This document shows positions 13,531-26,212 of a stretch of 64,000 nt of DNA, one piece after another. The DNA comes from Octopus sinensis. Its lineage: Eukaryota. The first letter of the stretch is position 1. Each line of letters opens with the position of its first letter. A program made the position numbers and the translations under genes. The notes under the pieces were generated by a model, which did not search any database, was not told where the DNA came from, and was given only the letters and a program-made list of their open reading frames with translations. The stretch spans positions 39,494,001-39,558,000 of the forward strand of contig NC_043014.1 of NCBI RefSeq assembly GCF_006345805.1, in the 5' to 3' direction.

Positions 13531-13654
13531 TATCTCAGAGCTTTCTATCAAACAGCCTTTATCTATTTCATTTTGTTTTACCTATTTTGTTTTGCTTAAA
13601 TATTACAAGAATATTTAATTTCTCATACAGAATACTTTAATCATTCTCACAAAT

Positions 13655-13872
13655 ATGCTGGAGTGCTGAAAAGTTCCTGGCTTTAAGTGTTTTGCAAAAG
13701 GCCTGGTTGGAGGTCCAGCCTTCCAAGTTCTTTTACAGGGCTTAGAAAAATGGAAAGACCACTGCAATAAGTGAGAATATGAGAAGGGAATATGTTGAAT
13801 AAAATCATAGTTAATTGATCCTCCTGTATTTTCGCTTACCCAAAGCCAGGAATTTTTCAGCACCCCCTTGTA
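13655..13872. mobile_element. mariner-type MITE
   Basis: TIR GTGCTGAAAAGTTCCTGGCTTT / AAAGCCAGGAATTTTTCAGCAC with TA flanks. Copies at 26432-26652 and 54513-54715. Confidence 0.8.
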
Positions 13873-14164
13873 TAAATAATGGAATTAAGTATAATGCCAT
13901 TTTATAGCAAAATAACAATAGCAAATATGTTTTACCAGATTATGATTAATTGTTGTACAAGTACAACATAGATCTTCTGGAACCCAAGCCTTTGGTTCCA
14001 AAGCTTTTCTAAATTACTGATTTTTCCAAACCAGAGGTGGACACCTGGGTCAACCTTAAGTTAAACAAATATTAAACTTACTTAAATAAAATACAGATTC
14101 TGTAGTAAAAAAAAAAAGTGATGTTCCTCCCCGAGTCATGTAGAATCAGAGAACTGATTTCCTG

Positions 14165-14478
14165 GTTTCCATGGTGAACTGGGTGGGTGAACTGAGCCGT
14201 GATGTCCTTCTCCCAACTCCACTTCCCAACTGGCGGAAACGCGTGGGCGGGCAGCTGAAAACCTGGGCTACGACGATCAAGGAGGACCTCTCCGTGCTCG
14301 CGGGTCCACAGGTGGTTAGCCTGCGCTGATGGAACTGTGACTGGCTCACTATCTCCAGTGAACTGGCACAGGACCGTTGTGCGTGGGCTGCCATGGTTTG
14401 AGATGCCTTGAGGGTGGTAGAAGAAGCCGACTCAACCCGCCCAGGGTGAATATTGCCACAAGTACAAGTAAGTAAGTA
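14165..14478 (+). mobile_element. RTE-clade LINE 3' fragment (same family as 63520-64000)
   Basis: Clearly homologous DNA (CAGCTGAAAACCTGGGCTACGACGATCAAGGAGGACCTC) with an ACAAGTACAAGTAAGTAAGTA tail. Contains internal stops. Confidence 0.85.
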
Positions 14479-15037
14479 TGAGGTATATGTTCTCCACCAG
14501 GACAGGACACCAATCTGTTGCAGGATTTCTAATTTTTACCAGCTGAGTAGACTGGAGCAACATGAAATGAAGTGTTTTGCTCAAGAACACAACACAACAT
14601 TTGGTCCAGGAATTGAAACCACAATCTTGCAATCAGAGTCCAACACCCTAACCACTAAGCCACGCACCTCCACTACAGGTCCTCTACATTAGTATAAATC
14701 ATCATCGTTTAACGTCCGTTTTCCATGCTAGCATGGGTTGGACGGTTCAACTGGGGTCTGGGAAGCCAAGAGGCTGCACCAGGCTCCAGTCTGATCTGGC
14801 AGTGTTTCTACAGCTGGATGCCCTTCCTAACGACAGCTTTATTAATACTGTACTGTACAAGGCAACTAGTCTGTGTGGAATACCAGTAAACTAGTCTGGT
14901 GGTTGTGGTAATTTGAAGTTCCTGCTTGTAAATTACTGCAAATTATAGGTAGTGCCAGATTACCAATGTCAGTGTTTTACCTGTTTTAGTAAATGGACTA
15001 TAAAAAAAAAAAAAGAAAAATAAAACTTTGTATTTAC

Positions 15038-15181
15038 CTCCAAAACCTCCATAAAATATAATCATTGTGTCTATATTGGGAGAAAGTGTAGACAGTAGGA
15101 AGGCAAATGCACCGATGAAGCTTCCAACTACTGCTACAGGACGGCAACCAAAGCGATTTGTAAAGGCACTAACAATAGGGC
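15038..15181 (-). CDS. SLC16/MCT-like coding exon 2 (TM3-TM4)
   Basis: Not in the ORF track. Manual translation gives GPIVSAFTNRFGCRPVAVVGSFIGAFAFLLSTLSPNIDTMIIFYGGFGG, including the MFS motif-A-like segment. Acceptor ttccacag|GC, donor GGAG|gtaaat, 144 nt, phase 1/1, joins both neighbouring exons in frame. Confidence 0.93.
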
Positions 15182-15695
15182 CTGTGGAAAGAAAACAAAT
15201 AAAAATAGTGAGAAAAAAAATATGGAAAAATTCAAATTATTTCAAATATTATTATTTTGCAGAAACTAGAAAGGTAAGATATGTGGTCATTTTTTTTTCC
15301 ATGATTCTAAAAAAGAACTCTAGAACTATATTCTTTTTCATCACTCATACATATGGAATAAAAAAAAAAAGAGAAAAGAAAGAAAAGAGGGCGTTGAAGG
15401 AAAATTAATTGTTAAAATTACTGAAATTTAAATATTATAAAAAAATATTCAATTGATAAATATTTGAAGTCATTATCAACAAGTCTTATTTAAGTATAAT
15501 ATATATCATCATCATCATTATCATCATCGTTTAACGTCCGTTTTCCATGCTAGCATGGGTTGGAAGGTTTGACTAGAGTCTGGGAAGCCAGGAGGCTGCA
15601 CCATGCCCAGTCTGATCTGGCAGTGTTTCTACAGCTGGATGCCCTTCCTAACGCCAACCACTCTATGAGTGTAGTATAAATAAATAAATAAACAA

Positions 15696-15730
<35 letters not shown>

Positions 15731-17705
15731 TATATACACAGCCACACACAGACACACAACAGGCTTCTTTCAGTTTCCATCTACCAAATCCACTCACAAC
15801 GCTTTGGTTGACTTGGAGCTATAATAGAAGACATTTGCCCAAGGTGCCATGCAATGCAACTAAACCCAAAACCTTGTGGTTGGGAAGCAAATTTCTTCCC
15901 CACTTAACCATTTAATGGAAACACCAAACCATTTATCAAGCTTCCAGAAAAAATAAAACTATCAGAAAATCAGTTTATACTTGAAACCGGTTAGTTTTGA
16001 ATTTGATGAGCTTCAAAATAGTTCACCCCTTGGCCACTTTGTTGCAATTTTCATTGTGTACTTGTCATACATCAAGAGTCAGCATAACAGCTACTCTGTA
16101 CACTTGCTCTTAACCACATTTGTGAGAATTTTTATCCTAAATTCATTATAACTTTTAATGAATACCATGTTTAAAATGCCAAGAAAAAGGCAAAGCCAAG
16201 TGAAAAACTCAAAAAAGGAAATATTTTGTGCTCAATACATGGAAAACAGAAGAGTTACTAATGACAATTTTCAGTGAATTAACAGTGATCAATCAGATAC
16301 TACTTTAACATTATAGCAATTCATACTACTACTACTACTACTACTACTCCTACTACCACTACTACTACTACCACCACCACTACTACCACCACCACTACTA
16401 CCACTACCACTACTACTACTACTACTACTATGCCACTGCCATTGTTTAATGTCTCTTTTCCATGCTGGCAACTCTGAATTTTATTGTTTTTTATTGTTTA
16501 TTTTTATGTTTCGAGTATTGTCATATCTCAAAGGTGTTACTCTTCAAGGTGGTGCTTTGAAGGGTTTATGTCAACAGACTGGAGACCATGGTGCAACTGA
16601 AGGAGAACATCAATTGAGAAATCAGAGAACTGGGGTCTGAAACACTTGAGAGTGTTATGGTACAAGTTTTGGAAAGGTACGGACATGTGGAACCATTTAA
16701 GTGATATCGTTTTTCATAGGTGATGCAGTAGTGTTGCAAAATTTGACATGCACATATTACTTTCCATTATGTCCTTTATATTGTATCAAAATTTCATGCA
16801 TTTATTTGTAAAGTTAAGGAAGTTATTAAAAATTGAAACCCATCAGTGACTTTGGGACACCCTGTATATCTATATCACCGTGACCGACCAGACTATCAGA
16901 TGTTGCTACACATCGCTGGTCACAATGCGATTTGCATTGTTTTAGCCTTCAAATGACGCCACCCCGCTGGCTAAGTGAGCAGGCCAACAGAAGAAAGAGT
17001 GAGAGAAATTTGTGACAAAAGAGTACAGCAGGGATCGCCACCACCCCCTGCCGGACCCTCGTGCAGCTTTAGGTGTTTTCGCTCAATAAACACTCACAAC
17101 GCCCGGTCTGGGAATCGAAACTGCGATCCTCTGACCGTGAGTCCGCTGCCTTAACCACTGGGCCATTGCACCTCCACGTATATCTATATATGAATATATA
17201 TATAAACCGCTCGCCACTAAGCTTTTTTTATTCTCTCTCTGTTTATTTTCTCGTGTTCCTTTTTGTTGAAGAGCATAGGCTTGAAACGTAAAAGATTTTC
17301 TCACCTTCCTGAGTGTTAAACTAATACACCTGTTTGTTGTTAACACACCTGTCTTCATCTTTTGTTGTTTTGTTTTTTTTGTAAATTCCAACTGTATAGA
17401 TAGATATATGTATAATAATGGACTCTCATGTCGTTAGTTGACATATGAGAGTTCGACAATTTCCTACCAAACAACCACACAGATGATTTGTTTATAGTGA
17501 TCAAATGTTTGTGTAGACATAACTTCACTCTCTCCATCAGGTCGACATTACCTGTACAGGTGCAATGGGTATCACATGTCGGATGTCGAAATGATCACAG
17601 AGCAACCTGAAATGAAGTGTTTTGCTCAAGGAAATGCTACACCTGGTCACACACGATCTCACAGTTGTGAGTGTAACACCTTAACCATTAAGCCATATGC
17701 CTTCA

Positions 17706-17795
<90 letters not shown>

Positions 17796-18346
17796 ACACA
17801 CATATTTGTGGGTGGAGACAGTACCATAAAATTTTTAGTACATTGAATTGACTATATATGTATGGATAATAAAAGTTTGAAAACTTTATACTCAAATACT
17901 AGGAAAGCAAAAAATAAAATGAAGAGAGATAAACAAAGCAGAACAAAATATATTGAATGTTAAAGGCTTAACAACAGAATTCCTGCTGTCGACAACTCAG
18001 CTAATATGAAGGTGAATAATACAAAATACACTTTACATAACTTATTTTATGCTCACTTTTCCTTGCTGGCGTGGGTCAGACCAAATTTGTTGAGGCAGGT
18101 TTTCTGTGACCAGATAGTCACTCTATCCACATTGATTTCATCCAAGGTAATAATTTTTTTATGGTTGGACATGTTTTTGCAGAAGACTAGAAGCGAGGGA
18201 CACTGGTGGTTTGACAGTGATGCTCAGAGACAAGCAGTCTCTTTTTCTCTCTCTCTCTCTCTCACACACACACAGCTTTAGAAAGCTCATCCACTGGTAT
18301 CGACTAACATGATAACATGATACATTTATATATATATATATATATA

Positions 18347-18631
18347 TATTGTATAAAAGATCGTGGGTAAGGCCAAAACAATGCAAAGTAAATGCAAGGT
18401 AAATCACAATAAAACAAATATGTGAATTAATGTAGAATTACCTTGTATTCAATTTTTCGGGGTTATCACACAATTTTCAAAAAATTGTTGAATGTTGCCA
18501 ATGTGTGTGTCATAACCCCGAAATATTGAATACAAGGTAAGTCTACATTAATTCACATATTTGTTTTCTTGTGATTTAACTTGCATTTACTTCACATTGT
18601 TTTGGCCTTACCCATGATCTTTTATACAATA
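18347..18631. repeat. ~125-bp-arm inverted repeat
   Basis: ATTGTATAAAAGATCGTGGGTAAGGCCAAAAC...GGGGTTAT versus ATAACCCC...GTTTTGGCCTTACCCATGATCTTTTATACAAT. Confidence 0.9.
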
Positions 18632-18707
18632 ATATGTGACCGTGTGTGTATGTATCGTTGGTGATTTTCTTTCTCCGTCTTCCCTTCCTTTGACCTTTCC
18701 TTTTTCT

Positions 18708-18744
18708 ATGTTTCTGATGAAGAGCTCTGCTTGAAACGGTAAAT
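18708..18744 (+). ncRNA. Minimal type I hammerhead-like motif (family H2)
   Basis: GTTT CTGATGA A GAGC TCT GCTT GAAA C G GT A AAT: intact CUGANGA core, 4-bp helix II, GAAA, GUA cleavage triplet. Lies in a ~210-bp repeat ending at (AT)n. Confidence 0.6.
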
Positions 18745-18842
18745 CCTCCTTCTTTCTTTCCTTTCCTGAGCGACCAATAACACTATACTTGTTCCACGTC
18801 CTCACATTGTTGTGTTTTGTCTTTGTGTTTTCATGTTTGGAT

Positions 18843-18880
<38 letters not shown>

Positions 18881-19190
18881 GTGGAGGCGCAATGGACCAG
18901 TGGTTAAGGCAGCAGACTTGCGGTTGTAGGATCGCGGTTTCGATTCCCAGACCGGGCGTTGTGAGTGTTTATTGAGGGAAAACACCTAAACCTCCACAGG
19001 GCTCCGGCAGCGGGTGGTGGCGACCCCTGCTGTACTCTTTCGCCGCAACTTTCTCTCACTCTTTCTTCTGTTGGCCTGCTCGCTTAGCCAGCAGGGTGGC
19101 GTCATTTGAAGGCTAAAACAATGAGAAGCGCATTGTGACCAGCGATGTGTAGCAACATCTGATAGCCTGGTCGATCACGGTGATATATAT
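18881..19190 (+). mobile_element. tRNA(Arg)-like SINE family C
   Basis: GGAGGCGCAATGGACCAGTGGTTAAGGCAGCAGACTTGCGGTTGTAGGATCGCGGTTTCGATTCCC head, ends CACGGTGATATA. Copies at 16872-17177(-), 20086-20395(+), 27312-27595(-), 42123-42428(+) and 54740-55035(-). Confidence 0.85.
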
Positions 19191-19204
19191 ATAATAATAA
19201 TAAT

Positions 19205-19825
19205 AGCGACCAAGACTTTTGGAAATATGCTGTGCTCGAGAAGAACCAGCAAACCAAATGAGACCATAACCTGTGGCCTATGCCAGGAGCGTAACCAGCC
19301 CGCTCATGCATACCTTTTCCTTCTTTGGTCACTAAACTCTGCTTGCGAAGACCTGTTGAGGCAAATGAAATCAAAATCAATTCGATGACTGGCATCTGTG
19401 CTAACGGGGTGCAAAGAGCACCATATGAGTGTGATTGTTGACAGAGCAGCTATTTGAGTATGATCGTTACCAGCATCGCCTTACTGGCACTCATGTCTGT
19501 GCAAGTAGGGTGCCAAGAGCACCATCTGAGTGTGATCGTTGCCAGAGCAGCCAACTGGCTGCCGTACCCGTGGCATGTACAAGGGCACCATTCGAGCGTG
19601 ATCGTTACCAACGTCGCTTCACTGGCACCTGTGCCGGTGGCACGTAAAAAGCACCCACTACACTCTCGGAGTGCTTGGCGTTAGACAGGGCATCCAGCTA
19701 TAGAAACTCTGCCAGATCAAGATTGGAACCTGGTCCAGCTATCTGGCTCGCCAGCCCTCAGTCAAAATCGTCCAACCATGCTAGCATGGAAAGCGGACGT
19801 TAAACGATGATGATGATGATGATGA
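19205..19825 (+). mobile_element. RTE-like LINE 3' end (family B) with ORF terminus, minisatellite 3'UTR and (GAT)n tail
   Basis: Starts DQDFWKYAVLEKNQQTK*, resembling a LINE ORF end. Long 3'UTR ends ...GCATGGAAAGCGGACGTTAAAC(GAT)n. Duplicated at 20410-21031. Confidence 0.7.
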
Positions 19826-19827
19826 AT

Positions 19828-19872
<45 letters not shown>

Positions 19873-21081
19873 ATATATAGGTGCAGGAGTGGCTGAGTGG
19901 TAAGTAGCTTGCTAACCAACCACATGGTTCCGGGTCCAGTCCCACTGCGTGGCATCTTGGGCAAGTGTCTTCTGCTATAGCCCCAGGCCGACCAATGCCT
20001 TGTGAGTGGATTTGGTAGACGGAAACTGAAAGAAGCCTGTCGTATATATGTATATATATATATATATATTATATATATATAATATGTGGAGGCGCAATGG
20101 ACCAGTGGTTAAGGCAGCAGACTTGCGGTTGTAGGATCGCGGTTTCGATTCCCAGACCGGGCGTTGTGAGTGTTTATTGAGGGAAAACACCTAAACCTCC
20201 ACAGGGCTCCGGCAGCGGGTGGTGGCGACCCCTGCTGTACTCTTTCGCCGCAACTTTCTCTCACTCTTTCTTCTGTTGGCCTGCTCGCTTAGCCAGCAGG
20301 GTGGCGTCATTTGAAGGCTAAAACAATGAGAAGCGCATTGTGACCAGCGATGTGTAGCAACATCTGATAGCCTGGTCGATCACGGTGATATATATATAAT
20401 AATAATAATAGCGACCAAGACTTTTGGAAATATGCTGTGCTCGAGAAGAACCAGCAAACCAAATGAGACCATAACCTGTGGCCTATGCCAGGAGCGTAAC
20501 CAGCCCGCTCATGCATACCTTTTCCTTCTTTGGTCACTAAACTCTGCTTGCGAAGACCTGTTGAGGCAAATGAAATCAAAATCAATTCGATGACTGGCAT
20601 CTGTGCTAACGGGGTGCAAAGAGCACCATATGAGTGTGATTGTTGACAGAGCAGCTATTTGAGTATGATCGTTACCAGCATCGCCTTACTGGCACTCATG
20701 TCTGTGCAAGTAGGGTGCCAAGAGCACCATCTGAGTGTGATCGTTGCCAGAGCAGCCAACTGGCTGCCGTACCCGTGGCATGTACAAGGGCACCATTCGA
20801 GCGTGATCGTTACCAACGTCGCTTCACTGGCACCTGTGCCGGTGGCACGTAAAAAGCACCCACTACACTCTCGGAGTGCTTGGCGTTAGACAGGGCATCC
20901 AGCTATAGAAACTCTGCCAGATCAAGATTGGAACCTGGTCCAGCTATCTGGCTCGCCAGCCCTCAGTCAAAATCGTCCAACCCATGCTAGCATGGAAAGC
21001 GGACGTTAAACGATGATGATGATGATGATGAATAACAATATATATATATATATATATACAATATATATATATATATATATA

Positions 21082-21248
21082 TAGGTGCAGGAGTGGCTGA
21101 GTGGTAAGTAGCTTGCTAACCAACCACATGGTTCCGGGTCCAGTCCCACTGCGTGGCATCTTGGGCAAGTGTCTTCTGCTATAGCCCCAGGCCGACCAAT
21201 GCCTTGTGAGTGGATTTGGTAGACGGAAACTGAAAGAAGCCTGTCGTA

Positions 21249-21287
<39 letters not shown>

Positions 21288-21495
21288 ATGTGTGTGTGTG
21301 TTTGTCCCCCAAGCATTGCTTGACAACCGATGCTGGTGTGTTTACGTTCCTGTCACTTAGCGGTTCGGCAAAAGAGACCGATATAATAAGTACTGGGCTT
21401 ACAAAGAATAAGTCCCGGGGTCGATTTGCTCGACTAAAGGCGGTGCTCCAGCATGGCAGCAGTCAAATGACTGAAACAAGTAAAAGAGTAAAAGA
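21082..21495 (+). mobile_element. SINE family A
   Basis: Full copy. Its 5' half is duplicated at 19878-20060. Confidence 0.9.
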
Positions 21496-21919
21496 GAGAT
21501 ACACTCACACAAACAAAATTGAAAAACTGCTGTTAAAAACAAAGGAAGAAGAAAAATATCTCACTAAAATACTTTTACAAATAATATATTTTAAAGTTAT
21601 TTTTCAATGCTAATATTTTGTTGACATTATTATCAACATCTGTTGAAGTGCAGTCCTTCAAGTACGCCTAATATATATATCAATGTCATTATCATTTACA
21701 TGACTATGCACTCTGGCAAAGTCTAGATTGCTGATAAACAAGTTTAGAAATCAAAGGATAAAATTCCACAGTGTCAAAGTAAGTGAAGTCCGAATCATGT
21801 TTATAGTTTATATTACTCAAGCAAATTCTTACAGTTAATCACTAGCAGCAAGCTTGTTTGCTTTGCCGCACCGGGGAAACATTTATAGAAGTGAAATCGA
21901 AATTGAACCAATCCTATGA

Positions 21920-22412
21920 CTGCACCTGGCAGATGCCAGAACCCCTGGACTGGAGATACGTAAAAAGCACTATCCGAATCGTGGCCGATGCCAGCGCCAC
22001 CTCGACTGGCTTCCGTGCCGGTGGCACATAAAAAGCATCATCCGAATCATGGCCGAAGCCAGTGCCGCCTCAACTGGCTTCCGTGCCGGTGGCACGTAAA
22101 AAGCACCATCCGAATTGTGGCCGATGCCAGTGCCGCCTCGACTGGCTTCCGTGCAGGTGGCACGTAAAATGCACCAATCCGACCGTGGCCGATGCCAGCC
22201 TCGCCTGGCTCCAGTGCAGGTGGCACGTAAAAAGCACCCACTACACTCACGGAGTGGTTGGCGTTAGGAAGGGCATCCAGCTGTAGAAACATTGCCAGAT
22301 AAGACCGGAGCCTGGGGCAGCCTTCTGGCTTCCCAGATCCCCAGTCGAACCGTCCAACCCATGCTAGCATGGAGAACGGACATTAAACGATGATGATGAT
22401 GATGATGATGAT
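21920..22412 (+). mobile_element. Family B 3' tail with ~5 copies of the ~62-bp internal repeat
   Basis: Repeated ACTGGCTTCCGTGCCGGTGGCACGTAAAAAGCACCATCCGA units, then the standard tail and (GAT)n. Confidence 0.8.
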
Positions 22413-23014
22413 ATGCTTCTTGCCAGAGGTTGCTTGAACATGACATATGATTACTAATCAATGGACTTTATAAATCTGTGCATGTGCAGGCTAGGTTGCG
22501 TAGTAAGGACTTTGCTTCCCAACCACATGGTTCCATGTCCAGTCCCACTGCAACACACCTTAGACAAATGATTTTTACTGTTGTTCCAGGCCAACCGAAG
22601 CCTTATGAGACCTCCAGTACTATGGACATGTGATTAGAATGTCATAGGAAGGAATTGCAAGAGGGATTCATCAAGCCAAGCCTGCTGGCTGTAGACCTAG
22701 AAGTAGACTAAGAGTAAGATGGTTGGTTAGATAATGTCCATAGTCTCAGTGGTCAAGCATGAGAATCCAGCCACAATAATGACAGTTACTTCTGATAAGA
22801 CCCTAAGGACTTTACTCCAGCGATCCTCCCAAGAACAGTGGGTGGAGAAAATGGATGGATGGATGGATGGCAAAATTCTTTCTATGATCCTTAACTGTAA
22901 TGCTTCATGTTTAGCTAGACATTCTAATCTAGGGGTTCTCAACCAGGGTCCATAAAAGATTTTGTTGTTAAAATCTATCTGCCACAAATTTGTCATACTT
23001 CTACACTCCCTTTC

Positions 23015-23202
23015 TTTCTTTTACTTGTTTCAGTCATTTGACTGTGGCCATGCTGGAGCACTGCCTTTAGTCGAGCAAATCGACCCAAGGACTTATTCTT
23101 TGTAAGCCAAGTATTTGTTCTATCGGTCTCTTTTGCCGAACTGCTAAGTTACAGGGATGTAAACACACCAGCATCGGTTGTCAAGCGATGTTGGGGGGAC
23201 AA

Positions 23203-23238
<36 letters not shown>

Positions 23239-23290
23239 GTATTAATCTTTTTGTTCCTGACAAGAAACAATCACTGTATTATTGATATTG

Positions 23291-23386
<96 letters not shown>

Positions 23387-23558
23387 CATATATATGACGG
23401 GCTTCTTTCAGTTTCCGTCTACCAAATCCACTCACAAGGCATTGGTCGACCCGGGGCTATAGCAGAAGACACTTGCCCAAGGTGCCATGCAGTGGGACTG
23501 AACCCAGAACCATGTGGTTCGTAAGCAAGCTACTTACCACACAGCCACTCCTACGCCT
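23015..23558 (-). mobile_element. SINE family A with expanded (AT)n spacer
   Basis: Both halves present around a ~200-nt AT tract. Confidence 0.85.
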
Positions 23559-24386
23559 ATAAAAATAAAATATACAAAAGGTAAAGTTGACCTCGGTGGA
23601 ATTTGAACTCAGAATGAAAAGACAAACGAAATACCACTAAGCATTTCGCCCAGCATGCTAACGTTTCTGCCCACTCACCACGTTAAAATACTATGCAGTG
23701 GAATCGGGCCCATGATTTTATGATTGCGAAGTGAAGTTCTTATCCATTCGGCCATGCCACACCAACAATTGACAAAAGAAATTAATTTTTTTATACGATT
23801 CCTAATGATATTTAATTATAGAAATATAATAAGATCTTTTTAATATCGATTTGCTAGGAGGGGCCAACTGAGTAAAACAGGAATCAAAGGGGTCCATAAC
23901 TAAAAAATGGTTCAGAAAGACTGTTCTAATCTATACATTTCACATTTTTAGCTAATTTTTGTGATTCAATGTTTATATTGTAGTGTTTATGCTAATATAT
24001 TTTTTAATAATTTTCAGTACTATTTTTGAGTAATTCTTCATAAAGCTTACTTGTTTTATCAAAGAATATAATTTTTTAATCTTAATTTTGACATTTTTTT
24101 TTGTCAGTACCAAAATTATTTTGAATAGTGTTGGTGTATTTACTAATGCATGTGAGTTTACTATCATGTCTAACAGATTAGATTCGAAAGTTTTAAGTTC
24201 TTTAATCTCGATGAACTCACTTGTATATTAACCCTTTCGTTACCAACCCAGCTGAAACCGGCTCTGGCTCTTTAATATAAATTCAAATCTTCCACCAAAC
24301 CTTAGTCAGAATTTATGTTCCTAATGCTAACTTAATGATAACGAAGATATTTTACTAAATTCTTTGTTATATTCAAAATAATTGGA

Positions 24387-24827
24387 AGCAGGAGTGGCTG
24401 TGTGGTAAGTAGCTTGCTAACCAGCCACATGGTTCCGGGTTCAGTCCCACTGCGTGGCATCTTGGGCAAGTGTCTTCTGCTATAGCCCCGGGCCGACCAA
24501 TGCCTTGTGAGTGGATTTGGTAGACGGAAACGGAAAGAAGCCTGTCGTATATATGTATATCTATATATGTATATCTATATATGTGTGTGTGTATGTGTTT
24601 GTGTCAGTGTTTGTCCCCCAAGCATTGCTTGACAACCAATGCTGGTGTGTTTACGTCCCCGTCACTTAGCGGTTCGGCAAAAGAGACCGATAGAATAAGT
24701 ACTGGGCTTACAAAGAATAAGTTCTGGGGTCGATTTGCTCGACTAAAGGTGGTGCTCCAGCATGGCTGCAGTCAAATGACTGAAACAAGTAAAAGAGTAA
24801 AGAGTAAAGAGTAAAGAGTAAAAGAGT
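24387..24827 (+). mobile_element. SINE family A (abuts a truncated piggyBac MITE at 24230-24386)
   Basis: Full copy with (TAAAGAG)n tail. Confidence 0.9.
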
Positions 24828-25993
24828 AGTCTGTGGTTGTTTTTTGTAGTATCAGAATCACAAAAGAAAGCTTTACAGTACATGTGTTTGTTTAGCTATG
24901 GATATCAAGAGAAAGAGAAGGAGAGAGAGAGGGAGATAGGAGGGGTGGAAGTGGTTAGCAAGTAAGCAAATAATTGAGTTGTTTCAGCCAAATATCAAGA
25001 GAGAAGAAAGAGATTTAGTGAGTGTGTTATGCAGTTATATATCAAGTGGCTAATCTCTCATGAAATGACGGTGGTGGAGTGAAAGCTAAATCTATATGTT
25101 TAAACAATGTTTATGGATCCCATTAAATGTAAGTTATGGTAAAGTATGTTTAGTTATTTATCTAAGTATTGTATATTTAAAGAATTTAGATCAATAGATT
25201 GATTGATTGATAGATGTTTTGTCGGAGAAAGTGAGTGAAAAAAGAGGATGATGAAGCAGGGGGTGATATAAAGATCGAGAGAGAAGAGAAAAGAAAAGAG
25301 AGAAAAAAAAAACTAGGTTTGGTTTCAAATGAAGAAGAAATCCATTGATTAATGGGAAAAAGTGTACATGTAGAGACGAACATAAAAGAACTAAGATTGT
25401 TTACTTTCTGATCCATCAGATGCTTATATAACTGATGTTTTAAAGAGAGTTCAGTGGAAAGGGGGAAATTATTTTCTTGTTTATATAGTGATTTACAAAA
25501 AAAAAAAGAGCAATCTTCTATCTTTTACTTGTTTCAATCATTGGACTACAGTCATGCTGGGCCATTTCCCTGAAGGGTATATTTTAACAAATTGAACCCA
25601 GTATTTATTTTGTATATCTGGTACTTGTTCTATCAGTCTCTTTTGCTGAGCTGCTAAGCTACAGGGATGTGAACAAGCCAACACCACTCGTCAAACGGTG
25701 GTAGAGGACAAACTCAATACAGCCATAAAGACACACATACACATACATATATTACAAGCTTCCTCACAGTTTCTATCTACCAAATTCACCCACAAGGTAT
25801 TAGTCAGCCCAAAGTTATAGTTGAGCCCACTTGACCAAGGTACCATGCTGTGGGACTGAACCTGAAACTACACGGTTACAAAGTGAGCTTTTTAATCACA
25901 GAGCTATGATTAATTTTCACTGAGTGAAATAAAAAATGATTTTAAAACTTTATCAAATAAAATAATATTTGGGTACTTTGAGTTCCTAATTAA

Positions 25994-26212
25994 CCCTTTC
26001 ATTACCAACCCGGCTGAAACAGGCTCTGGCTCTGAGTACAAATGTCTTGTTTTCATAAGTTTTGAATCAAAATCTTCCACCAAACCTTAGTCACAATTTA
26101 TGTTCCTAACTCTAGCTTAATGATAACTAAGTTATTTTACTAAATTCTTTGTTATATTTAAAGTAATTGAAAGAACACAGAGCATCTCAAAATAAATACA
26201 GTAATGAAAGGG
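25994..26212. mobile_element. piggyBac-type MITE (family P1)
   Basis: TTAA|CCCTTTCATTAC...GTAATGAAAGGG|TTAA. Second copy inverted at 43167-43388, truncated copy at 24230-24386. Confidence 0.88.

Larger units (their letters stand above)
18846..21255. repeat. Near-perfect 1205-bp tandem duplication
   Basis: GTGGAGGCGC at 18881 and 20086. Identical ORF translations offset by 1205. Differences seen only in homopolymer and AT tracts. Confidence 0.95.

Noticed and set aside
18881-18960. tRNA genes in SINE heads (families A, C, D, G)
   Set aside because: A and B boxes are present, but the acceptor stems do not pair and the sequence continues into SINE bodies.
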